DNA from: a virus
Lineage: Duplodnaviria > Caudoviricetes
IMG/VR virus record: IMGVR_UViG_3300011335_000497
Location: 1 to 30,140 of that record
Direction: 5' to 3' (one strand)
Length of the DNA stretch: 30,140 bases
Position numbers and translations under genes: made by a program. The notes under the pieces are model-generated. The model was not told the DNA's origin. It saw only the letters and a program-made list of their open reading frames with translations, and ran no database searches. The number at the start of each line of letters is the position of its first letter. Position 1 is the first letter of the stretch. Of this stretch, positions 1 through 7,161 are shown piece after piece.

Positions 1-157
1 CAGCAGCAGCAGCAGCAGCAGTATCAGCAGCAGCACCAGCAGCAGCAGCAGCAGCAGCAGACCAAGCAGCAGCAGACCAAGCATCAGCAGCAGCAGACCA
101 AGCAGCAGCAGACCAAGCATCAGCAGCAGCAGCAGCAGTAGCAGCAGCAGCAGCAGC
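1..157. repeat. Degenerate (CAG)n/(GCT)n coding trinucleotide repeat, left part
   Basis: CAG runs interrupted by ACCAAG, CAT, TAG, TAT and CAC units. Confidence 0.95.
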
Positions 158-433
158 GTCTAATTCTTCTTTAGTAATCTCACCTAACCCAAACGCTATT
201 GCTGCGTCTATTGCCTTAATACTTCGTTCATCTTTCATTAGGTGCCTAACTGTATTGGCGCAATAGCCTTTTGCAAGGGTTAATAATTGCAAATCATCAG
301 GGTTTGTTTTTTTAAACAACCAAAGCAGCCAGTCACCACGATCGCACGTTTCGTAAACTTCTTGCCAAGTTTTATCGGCAGCCCATTCTCTTGCGTCTTC
401 GCAAGCATTCAATTTTTTTAATAGATTTTCCAT
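1..433 (-). CDS. Ala-repeat protein, Imm5-like helical family (5' part; continues at 30140..29944, ~209 aa total)
   Basis: Not in the ORF track. ATG at 433 gives MENLLKKLNACEDAREWAADKTWQEVYETCDRGDWLLWLF...DERSIKAIDAAIAFGLGEITKEELDAAAAAATAAAAADAWSAAAWS. The frame stays open to base 2, and the codon 1/30140/30139 is GCT. Confidence 0.8.
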   Translation of the reverse strand, partial: MENLLKKLNACEDAREWAADKTWQEVYETCDRGDWLLWLFKKTNPDDLQLLTLAKGYCANTVRHLMKDERSIKAIDAAIAFGLGEITKEELDAAAAAATAAAAADAWSAAAWSAAADAWSAAAWSAAAAAAAGAAADTAAAAAA

Positions 434-443
434 TTTAGTTTTT

Positions 444-548
444 TTAAATATTAAAAATTAAATGAACAACTACGCGAGCGATAAAATACGACCCGCAAAC
501 TCCTGCGAAATAAATTTGATACTTTTGTTTTGATAAAAATTTTTTCAT
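444..548 (-). CDS. Small early membrane protein (34 aa)
   Basis: MKKFLSKQKYQIYFAGVCGSYFIARVVVHLIFNI*. It has an A-rich start region, a hydrophobic C-terminal half and fills the gap between its neighbours. Confidence 0.65.
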   Translation of the reverse strand: MKKFLSKQKYQIYFAGVCGSYFIARVVVHLIFNI

Positions 549-569
549 AAAATTGATTTTTAAGTTAAT

Positions 570-595
570 GCGCGTTTAACAGTCGCGCCCCTGTT
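570..595 (-). other. Putative compact H-type RNA pseudoknot, intergenic
   Basis: Minus strand AACAG-GG-GCGCG-A-CTGTT-AAA-CGCGC forms two interleaved perfect 5-bp stems. Confidence 0.5.
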
Positions 596-599
596 TTAA

Positions 600-806
600 T
601 TAATCGTTGTCTTTAGGAATTTGCTTTGCAATTATTTTGAAATGCATTTCGGCATAATAAATAGATTCATCAATATTTGATGCCTCGTTTACGATAGCGT
701 TATATTGTTTCATTACCTCAGTAATTTCATTTTGAAGATTACAAATTGCTTCATAGAGTTTTGCTGACTCACTTCTTAATTCATCAATTTTTTGATGTTT
801 GCTCAT
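600..806 (-). CDS. First early gene, hypothetical coiled-coil protein
   Basis: 68 aa ORF directly downstream of a TAnnTTTG promoter, with heptad-like periodicity. Confidence 0.7.
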   Translation of the reverse strand: MSKHQKIDELRSESAKLYEAICNLQNEITEVMKQYNAIVNEASNIDESIYYAEMHFKIIAKQIPKDND

Positions 807-835
807 AATTTTAAATTTTAAGTTATTTGTTGGGT

Positions 836-865
836 CAAATATATAAATACATTTTAATTATGCAA
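836..865 (-). promoter_or_regulatory. Bacteroidetes-type early promoter
   Basis: -7 box TATATTTG (843..836) and TTG at 865..863 with a 19 nt spacer, upstream of ATG 806. Confidence 0.75.
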
Positions 866-888
866 CACAATTTAATAAAAAGCATTTA

Positions 889-907
889 ATTTATATTAAT
901 TCTAAAT
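889..907. promoter_or_regulatory. Fur-box-like 19-bp imperfect palindrome
   Basis: Minus strand ATTTAGAATTAATATAAAT is 17/19 identical to ATTTAGAATTATTCTAAAT, which I recall as the Riemerella/Flavobacteriaceae Fur box. Confidence 0.55.
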
Positions 908-930
908 AGCATTATGCGGCAAAAAAACGT

Positions 931-938
931 TAACTTTG
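931..938 (+). promoter_or_regulatory. Plus-strand -7 promoter element
   Basis: TAACTTTG matches TAnnTTTG. No clear -33 TTG. Confidence 0.55.
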
Positions 939-943
939 TACAA

Positions 944-1014
944 CGGCTCTCATAATTCCGTTTTTTTTTAAGTGAAAGGACGGTCGGCAATTTATTTTGT
1001 CGTCCGTTTTTTTT
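944..1014 (+). ncRNA. Putative ~70 nt antisense small RNA with intrinsic terminator
   Basis: Follows TAACTTTG. The 5' half is CTCTCATAATTCCGTTTTTTTTTAAGTG. The 3' hairpin ACGG-T-CGGCAA/TTGTCG-T-CCGT (980-1007) has a G-U pair valid only on the plus strand and is followed by T7. Confidence 0.6.
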
Positions 1015-1018
1015 GCAT

Positions 1019-1042
1019 AAAAAAACCGCCTATTAAGCGGTT
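1019..1042 (-). terminator. Intrinsic terminator ending minus-strand late transcription
   Basis: AACCGC-TTAATAG-GCGGTT followed by a T tract on the minus strand. Confidence 0.8.
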
Positions 1043-1089
1043 AAAAATTAGCAGTTCAACTTTAGAAGGGTTGCGCTTTTTTTTATTTT

Positions 1090-1097
1090 CAAATGTA
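1090..1097 (-). promoter_or_regulatory. Minus-strand -7 element with no downstream ORF
   Basis: TACATTTG in the intergenic DNA, ~50 nt before the terminator. Confidence 0.4.
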
Positions 1098-1119
1098 ACA
1101 AATTAAATTTTTCCCTACA

Positions 1120-1293
1120 TTATTTGCTCAATTTATGAGCAAACATTTTTATGATTGTAGTAGGTTTAATAAACTTGCAAATCAATCGCAAAATAAAACC
1201 GGCATTTGTTGTTGATGCACTTTCAGCATATTTTTGTGCTGATTCATCCAATGCAAATTTAATTGGTTCTGGAATTCTGTCTAAATCTCTCAT
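1120..1293 (-). CDS. Small lysis-cassette protein with cationic amphipathic C-terminus (57 aa; start revised from 1428)
   Basis: ATG 1293 follows the endolysin stop and an A-rich leader. The protein ends GFILRLICKFIKPTTIIKMFAHKLSK. Confidence 0.6.
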   Translation of the reverse strand: MRDLDRIPEPIKFALDESAQKYAESASTTNAGFILRLICKFIKPTTIIKMFAHKLSK

Positions 1294-1309
1294 GCTAATT
1301 TTTTTTATG

Positions 1310-1774
1310 TTATTTAAAATTTTGGTAAATAGTTCGTCCATTTTCTTTTTTTGCTTTAAGTATTTGGCCTCTGTTTTTTTTGCTTGAAAATGAAACGTGT
1401 AACCAGTCCGGTTCTTTATCCGTTCCAAACTCCCAAATCAATTGGTCAAACTTCAAGTTGGTTTTTATGTAATTGAATACCTCTGCATTGGTAGGTTTAT
1501 TCTTACCCATATCAATATCCATTGCTTGACCGGAACAATGTTGGCTTGTTATCGAGCCTCCTATGGCATTATTTAATGGAATACCACGAAACATACTTGA
1601 AACAAAAATAGGTTTCTTAAAATGCTCCCTAATTGGCTCAAATACGTTTTCTGCTAATACTTTCATATTTTCAATTACTGATAGGTTTGGATTGTTGTTT
1701 ACAATACCAAGTTTATCAGCAGTATCTGAATGCGTACATTCTTCAAATGTTAAGTGTTTACTTATTTGTGTCAT
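1310..1774 (-). CDS. Endolysin, peptidase M15 family
   Basis: SSMFR...N..IGGS.TSQHCSGQAMD and WLHVSF Zn-ligand motifs (H, D, H). Confidence 0.9.
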   Translation of the reverse strand: MTQISKHLTFEECTHSDTADKLGIVNNNPNLSVIENMKVLAENVFEPIREHFKKPIFVSSMFRGIPLNNAIGGSITSQHCSGQAMDIDMGKNKPTNAEVFNYIKTNLKFDQLIWEFGTDKEPDWLHVSFSSKKNRGQILKAKKENGRTIYQNFK

Positions 1775-1928
1775 CTTTTTTGTTTAATAGTTTATATATC
1801 ATTATGATAGTGTATATGATGGATAGCATTAGCAAGAACAATCTCATAGAATTTTCAATGTTGGTAAAAGACAACCCGAAAATTGTTCCATTTACTGCGT
1901 ATAATTTTATCTGGTCTGGGTGTATCAT
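1758..1928 (-). CDS. Putative holin (56 aa)
   Basis: Not in the track. MIHPDQIKLYAVNGTIFGLSFTNIENSMRLFLLMLSIIYTIIMIYKLLNKKDDTNK* has hydrophobic segments and a charged tail, and overlaps the endolysin start. Confidence 0.7.
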   Translation of the reverse strand: MIHPDQIKLYAVNGTIFGLSFTNIENSMRLFLLMLSIIYTIIMIYKLLNKKDDTNK

Positions 1929-2179
1929 ATGGTATTTCGTATTTCATTTCTCATATCCAACACATCTTGTGGTATTGGTTTTCCAGTTTCAATGAATCGA
2001 ACAACATACCAATCTGTTTGCAATAGTTGTTGATATGCTCTTTGTTTCAATTCAAATTTATCGTCAATTTCAACAACCTCATCTATTTCAATTGTTTCAA
2101 ATTCAATTCCTTTTGGTATTAAATTAATATCAGTAGTTTCAGTTATTGAATTTCCAATTGTGTATCTATATCCTACCAT
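1925..2179 (-). CDS. Tail fibre assembly chaperone-like protein
   Basis: LLQTDWYVVRFIETGKPIPQDV..MR.EIR motif, directly after the fibre gene. Confidence 0.6.
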   Translation of the reverse strand: MVGYRYTIGNSITETTDINLIPKGIEFETIEIDEVVEIDDKFELKQRAYQQLLQTDWYVVRFIETGKPIPQDVLDMRNEIRNTI

Positions 2180-2181
2180 TT

Positions 2182-3633
2182 TTATCTTTGATTTGTAAAA
2201 GTTTGTGCCATTCCTATGTAATCAACATATACATTTCTGTTAGTAGTTCCCGCAGTTTTTGTAAAAACTATTTTAGGGCTTCCGCCGTTTATTCCTACGC
2301 CGGTTGTATGCGAAGCAACTAATGTGCCGTTGATGTAAAAATCAACTCCGGTATTATTAGCATTAACCTCTATTCTTAATCTATACCAAACTGATGCGCC
2401 TACTGCAATTCCGGTATCTGTATTTGTTCTTGTAGTTCCATTAAATGTACAACATTTCCAATTGGGTGAAGCCGCACCTCCATTTGTTGATGTACCACCC
2501 TCATCATATATAAATTGATAGCAAGTAGTTGTGTTGACTGCTATTGACGATGAATATCCAACGTGGAGTAAAAACCTTTCACCAGATGTTGATAGTGTTT
2601 CAACATTTATATAAGTTTCAAAAATTACCTTTCCATTACCAAAAAATGTTCCCGCTGCATTATTATACGCTCCAACACGAATTACACATTGTGAACCGGG
2701 ATTTGCATTTGATGACATTGCCACAACACCTTGTTGGTAGTTTCTATTTGGAAAAGTATTATTGCTTGTTATAGTTCCAGCACCAGCACTTATTCTTGTA
2801 CTAACTCCCCAACCTTCTGTTGTTGAATTCAATGAGTCACCTAAAAAATCCTCCCAAAATATAAATCCTTTTTTTGAATAAAAATCAAATAATTCCTCTT
2901 GCGGTGTATATCCAAGAACATTTGCTATTGTTTTATTCTTCCAAAGGGATGTTGCAGTTTCAAAAAATAACCCATCATTGTTGCTTGGTGTTTGTGCCGC
3001 TACATCGTGTATCTCATCCAATTCATATCCGTTTTGAATACGATATACAATTGTACCATTTGTTGGTGATGTTCTAACTACCTTTCCAATATAAACAATG
3101 TGATTTGGCGCATAAGGTTTAACCCTTGTAATATAACCAGCCGTTGTTGGACTCAAATAGATTGTATCACCATCAACCAAAGTATCTGATGTAAATGGGT
3201 TTGTAGCACTTGACCTTGTGTCCAAGTTATCAATAGTTCCAATGGTGCAAACATATCCATCTGCGTTGTTTGCTATGTCAGCAACAACAACCCCAAAAGT
3301 TCCGGCTGATGTTGCCTCGGAATTTGCTTGTGCTTTGACAAAATTTGGTAGGTTACCGGTAGAACCGGATATATACACAATAGTACCCTTATACAAAGTA
3401 ACACCGGTTGAATTTCGGCCTTGCGTATTCATTTGAGTTGCTGCACCACCACTAGGCAAAGTAGCCAAAGTACCATCACCACGCACATATTGACTGATTG
3501 TTCCCGCGGGTATGTCGTATTTGGTTGTGTCAAGGTCTTGAAAATTATCATTGCAAATGTCAAATGAATCACGAATTGTATTACCGGTATTATCATTTGG
3601 AGCAGAACCTATATTAATTGTTGTTATTGGCAT
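2182..3633 (-). CDS. Tail fibre / receptor-binding protein
   Basis: N-terminal INIG.APNDNTGNTIRDSF motif (T4 gp9/gp10-like), a Gly/Thr-rich beta middle and a C-terminal ConA/LamG-like WYRLRIEV...VDFYINGTLVASH. Confidence 0.7.
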   Translation of the reverse strand: MPITTINIGSAPNDNTGNTIRDSFDICNDNFQDLDTTKYDIPAGTISQYVRGDGTLATLPSGGAATQMNTQGRNSTGVTLYKGTIVYISGSTGNLPNFVKAQANSEATSAGTFGVVVADIANNADGYVCTIGTIDNLDTRSSATNPFTSDTLVDGDTIYLSPTTAGYITRVKPYAPNHIVYIGKVVRTSPTNGTIVYRIQNGYELDEIHDVAAQTPSNNDGLFFETATSLWKNKTIANVLGYTPQEELFDFYSKKGFIFWEDFLGDSLNSTTEGWGVSTRISAGAGTITSNNTFPNRNYQQGVVAMSSNANPGSQCVIRVGAYNNAAGTFFGNGKVIFETYINVETLSTSGERFLLHVGYSSSIAVNTTTCYQFIYDEGGTSTNGGAASPNWKCCTFNGTTRTNTDTGIAVGASVWYRLRIEVNANNTGVDFYINGTLVASHTTGVGINGGSPKIVFTKTAGTTNRNVYVDYIGMAQTFTNQR

Positions 3634-3730
3634 CTTTTACTTTTTTTTCTTGTTTCTTTAAGTACTCTTGGAACTTTTGTATGTCTTTTTCCTTGACATT
3701 ATAGATGTTTTTTTCTTGCTTTTTTTCCAT
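3614..3730 (-). CDS. Small charged hypothetical protein (38 aa)
   Basis: MEKKQEKNIYNVKEKDIQKFQEYLKKQEKKVKDANNNN* fills the gap in the late operon. Confidence 0.5.
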   Translation of the reverse strand: MEKKQEKNIYNVKEKDIQKFQEYLKKQEKKVKDANNNN

Positions 3731-3740
3731 AGTATGAAAT

Positions 3741-4244
3741 TTACAACACCCAACCAACTGGATTTGGCTTTTGATCTGGATACATATCACTATTTGAATT
3801 GGTCCAATATTCCGGGAACATAGCAGATGCGTTTATTGACATATAATCAACAAATCTTTTTGAATAAAAGTCACCAAATGTACGATGTTTTTGTACTAAA
3901 ATGTCCAATTCTTCTTTGGTTGTACTTTCAGAGTTTTCAGTACGATGTTTAAACACACCACCATTTCGGATTTGGTAGTTGGCAAATGGCAAATAATCTA
4001 CCATTGCATAATGTATCAGCATAGGTTGAACATAATCTTTTACCAGATCTAAATAATTACCGGACAAATTACCGTCTATAATATCTTGTGTGATTTTATT
4101 GTACAATTGTGTACCCAAATAATTCTGCACGTGCATCTGTTGGGCAATTTTGATGAACTGAATAAACAAATCAGTATCAACATTGCCGTTCAAAATAGTA
4201 TTTTGTTTTAGATCTATTGGTGTTATAAATAGGGTTGTCGCCAT
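3741..4244 (-). CDS. Putative head-tail adaptor/connector
   Basis: 167 aa helical protein directly after the portal; AQ.MHVQNYLGT.LY motif. Confidence 0.55.
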   Translation of the reverse strand: MATTLFITPIDLKQNTILNGNVDTDLFIQFIKIAQQMHVQNYLGTQLYNKITQDIIDGNLSGNYLDLVKDYVQPMLIHYAMVDYLPFANYQIRNGGVFKHRTENSESTTKEELDILVQKHRTFGDFYSKRFVDYMSINASAMFPEYWTNSNSDMYPDQKPNPVGWVL

Positions 4245-4246
4245 AG

Positions 4247-6130
4247 TTACATATCGTGAGGCGCAATGTACGCTTTGGGGTTATTTGTTGGTGCTATTTC
4301 CCCGGCTTTTCTTACATCTGCCGGTGTTGATGGTTGAGCAGCAGTATTTTTACCGCTACCTATTTTTCTATACATTTCACGGACCCAAAAATGTTTGCAA
4401 GTTCCAAATGGAAAATTGTCACTTAGTAAACCACCGCCTTTCCATAAGAAAATATCATAAGGTGCGTTTGGTTCTGGTGACATACCAAAACCGGGATTAA
4501 CATTTTCAGTACTCATTTCTTCAATGTCTTCTTTTCGGTACAATTTATTTGCACTCATCATCTTCTTACAAAATTCACGTTCCGGTGATTTGTTTCCAGA
4601 ATATCTGTATCTAGTAATGTATAATTTGGTGTCTTGTCTTGATGGGCTTTTGGTTCTTGCAGTACCGGTTTTAGCAGTTTCTAAATGAACTGCATTAAGT
4701 TGTTCCATTTCATTGTCCAAGGCTTCTTCTGTATCGTAATCAACCGGTGTTGAACTTACCAATTCATATTCAGATAAATCAATTTCTTCACCGTACTTGG
4801 ACAAATCAATTTCTTGTGAATTTAATGTTTCCGTCTGAGCTGGTTTTACTGAACCTTTTAAACCAATCAATGATCTAATTTCATCAGTTGTCATACTTTC
4901 AAGAACCTTATTGGCTACTAATGGTGGCAATGAATTAATACCGTCAATAATTGTATTGGATTTTTCAGTAATTGTTAAATCATTATTGGCATCAAGTGGT
5001 TGTAGTGGTTTGAAAAATAGGTTCGAACTTATTCTGTTGTATGATAAAATCTTATCAAAGGCATTTATCAATAAATTTTGAAACGGTCTGATTACGGTGT
5101 TGTCCATCAAGATAGATGCAGTTTGTAGTTCGTCTGCATTGTTTCCAAATCCGGCATTATCCCGAATGCCTAACAACATTGGTGATACAACCCGGTGAGC
5201 AACCATAATCTTTTTCATACTTTCATCAGACAAGAATTGGTATTGATTATGAGCATCACTTAATTGTACCGGTGTGATTGTTGCGGTGTTATTTGTATTA
5301 TCATTGAATGATAAGATAAAACGACCAGCGTTTGAACTTCCGCTAAATTTTTGTTGTATATTTCGTTCAATATCCCTTTGTTCATCTTCGGTCGGTGTAC
5401 CATTATTGAAATTGATTAACATTGACGGTGCTAGGCCATTCATAATGTTATTCAAATGGTAGTTGCTGATTTCTTCTTCTAATTCCGCATATTGCAACCC
5501 ACCTTGATAATCCACGGGTGAGTAAAAATAGAACCCGGTTTTGTAGAATTTAACGTATAAAATTTCCTCAACATTTTTCGCTTCTTCACTAACTGAACCA
5601 AAACCAAATGCCGGTATTGGAGTAGGTTTTTTTGACCTTGAAACTTCTGTCCAATTTTCAGAATAGTAGTATGTTTCAACCTCACCATCATCATTACATT
5701 TACCAGATCTAATTGTTTCAATTGGAAAATGATTACATTGTAGGATAGTTGATTTGTCAATTGAGTAAACAACTTGTATTGCACATTGACCCATTGCTTT
5801 TAAATCTGAACACAAACGCTCAACCATATCATCGCTGAATAGTTGTTTCATTTTTGCAAACTCCAAAGGCTTTTCTTTTGCGTCTGTTGCGTATAATCCT
5901 TTGCCAAATATCATTTGGCTAATTCCGTTTACAACTGCATTATTGGTAGGGCTTCCATTTATTCTATCTTGTAAATACCCGAAATAGTTGTTGTCCTCAC
6001 CGTATGCAACCCATTCTTGACTTTTTAATTCAACAACCTTTGGTGATGTGTACGTTGATAATTGTACAATTGATATTCCACCTGATTTTTTTGCGTCAAT
6101 TTTAGGGGTTATGCTTGGTCGTTTTCTCAT
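4247..6130 (-). CDS. Portal protein with C-terminal extension
   Basis: NGLAPS.LI.FNNG, KFSGSSNAGRFIL and IMVAHRV.SPMLLGI...GFGNNADEL portal motifs; 627 aa. Confidence 0.85.
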   Translation of the reverse strand: MRKRPSITPKIDAKKSGGISIVQLSTYTSPKVVELKSQEWVAYGEDNNYFGYLQDRINGSPTNNAVVNGISQMIFGKGLYATDAKEKPLEFAKMKQLFSDDMVERLCSDLKAMGQCAIQVVYSIDKSTILQCNHFPIETIRSGKCNDDGEVETYYYSENWTEVSRSKKPTPIPAFGFGSVSEEAKNVEEILYVKFYKTGFYFYSPVDYQGGLQYAELEEEISNYHLNNIMNGLAPSMLINFNNGTPTEDEQRDIERNIQQKFSGSSNAGRFILSFNDNTNNTATITPVQLSDAHNQYQFLSDESMKKIMVAHRVVSPMLLGIRDNAGFGNNADELQTASILMDNTVIRPFQNLLINAFDKILSYNRISSNLFFKPLQPLDANNDLTITEKSNTIIDGINSLPPLVANKVLESMTTDEIRSLIGLKGSVKPAQTETLNSQEIDLSKYGEEIDLSEYELVSSTPVDYDTEEALDNEMEQLNAVHLETAKTGTARTKSPSRQDTKLYITRYRYSGNKSPEREFCKKMMSANKLYRKEDIEEMSTENVNPGFGMSPEPNAPYDIFLWKGGGLLSDNFPFGTCKHFWVREMYRKIGSGKNTAAQPSTPADVRKAGEIAPTNNPKAYIAPHDM

Positions 6131-6477
6131 ATAGTTATATAGTTTTGATTGTTTGTTTCAGCCGATGTATACACCCCGTCATTGATTGAAAATGCTTGAA
6201 TATCTTGGTCTGTACAATACAACCTTTCTTTGTAAATTATTTTTTGAGAACCGCTAATCAAAGTCAGTTCATAGAATGTGTTTTGTGTAACTGCGGTTTC
6301 GAGTTTAAAATAAAAAATGTCGCCATCTTTATATAAATCATAAGGTTCAACTGTTTGTACTTGCTTTGTGGTTTCATTATACAATGAACAAGAATAAGTA
6401 TCGGCATTAACCGGGAACATTGTTTTTCTTGGTATTACACCAATTCTAAAACTTCCGCTTGTATCTATGTATTTCAT
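6127..6477 (-). CDS. Virion structural protein (possible head completion; start revised to ATG 6477)
   Basis: Beta-rich ORF overlapping the portal start by ATGA. Its ATG lies 5 nt after the late promoter motif. Confidence 0.55.
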   Translation of the reverse strand: MKYIDTSGSFRIGVIPRKTMFPVNADTYSCSLYNETTKQVQTVEPYDLYKDGDIFYFKLETAVTQNTFYELTLISGSQKIIYKERLYCTDQDIQAFSINDGVYTSAETNNQNYITI

Positions 6478-6482
6478 GTCTA

Positions 6483-6507
6483 TATAACGCAATATTTATG
6501 TTTTTTG
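6483..6507 (-). promoter_or_regulatory. Putative late promoter, copy 4
   Basis: CAAAA-N13-CGTTATA. Confidence 0.7.
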
Positions 6508-6508
6508 C

Positions 6509-6544
6509 AAAAAAAAAGAATGCCGCCATTTCTAGCAGCATTCT
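6509..6544 (-). terminator. Intrinsic terminator after tail tube gene
   Basis: AGAATGCTGC-N8-GCGGCATTCT followed by a T tract. Confidence 0.85.
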
Positions 6545-6575
6545 CAACAAAAAATCAAAACTATTTAACCAATTT

Positions 6576-7109
6576 TTAAGGAGCAATTTGTGTTGGTGTT
6601 GCACCTCCGGCAATTTTAGTTGTAACCAAAGATGAGGTTACAAAAGATGCCATTAAAGGTTCTTGTCCCGTGATTGTTAAACTATAACCATTTAGGTCAC
6701 CCAAGGCAACTCCGGTTGAAATTGAGCCATTTGTATCGCAACCTCTGGTCATACCAACCGCAAGATAGTTTCCATTGTTATCTTGGATAAAAACGTGAGG
6801 GCGGGCTGCAATTACTTTTTGCAATTCAACTTGGGTTAAGGGATCTAACTTAGTTAAAATTAAAGTTAATGTTTGTTCATAAAATGTTGTTCCATTGTCA
6901 TTTGACGAGGTTATTGTCTGTTCCAAACCGGATGCAGATTTTACGTCGTATTGGTACAATGTATAAGTAGTTCCGGAAAATGCAGTCACAACACCATTGG
7001 TGTAGGTTGCAGTTCCCAAGGTTCCATAATCAGCGAAAAAAATTTGTTTAATTCCGCCGACTACTTCCTTACACGCTAATTTCCGTCCAGTCGATAAAAC
7101 ACAAGGCAT
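6576..7109 (-). CDS. Putative major tail tube protein
   Basis: 177 aa beta-rich; C...GR...CK..VGGIK start, NGTTFYEQTL and G..LGDLNGYSLT.TG.EP end. Confidence 0.65.
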   Translation of the reverse strand: MPCVLSTGRKLACKEVVGGIKQIFFADYGTLGTATYTNGVVTAFSGTTYTLYQYDVKSASGLEQTITSSNDNGTTFYEQTLTLILTKLDPLTQVELQKVIAARPHVFIQDNNGNYLAVGMTRGCDTNGSISTGVALGDLNGYSLTITGQEPLMASFVTSSLVTTKIAGGATPTQIAP

Positions 7110-7136
7110 ACTCTATTTATTTAAAAGATTAATAAT

Positions 7137-7156
7137 TGGGTGAGTTGCCCCACCCA
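7137..7156 (-). other. GNRA hairpin after capsid gene (mRNA stabiliser or weak terminator)
   Basis: TGGGTGGG-GCAA-CTCACCCA, with no strong U tract. Confidence 0.55.
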
Positions 7157-7161
7157 TTAAA

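Noticed and set aside
1-157. Polyglutamine gene or eukaryotic CAG microsatellite on the plus strand
   Set aside because: The CAG frame contains TAG stops, while the minus GCT frame has a start, a stop and sensible flanking domains.
880-907. Xer dif/attP-like site
   Set aside because: The TTATATTAAT similarity to a XerD arm is partial and no XerC arm with a 6-bp spacer is evident. The 9-1-9 palindrome fits better.
930-953. Minus-strand minigene MRAVVQS* as the explanation of the CATAATT seed
   Set aside because: It has only 7 codons, lies beyond the minus-strand terminator, and the adjacent hairpin plus U tract fits only the plus strand. Not fully excluded.
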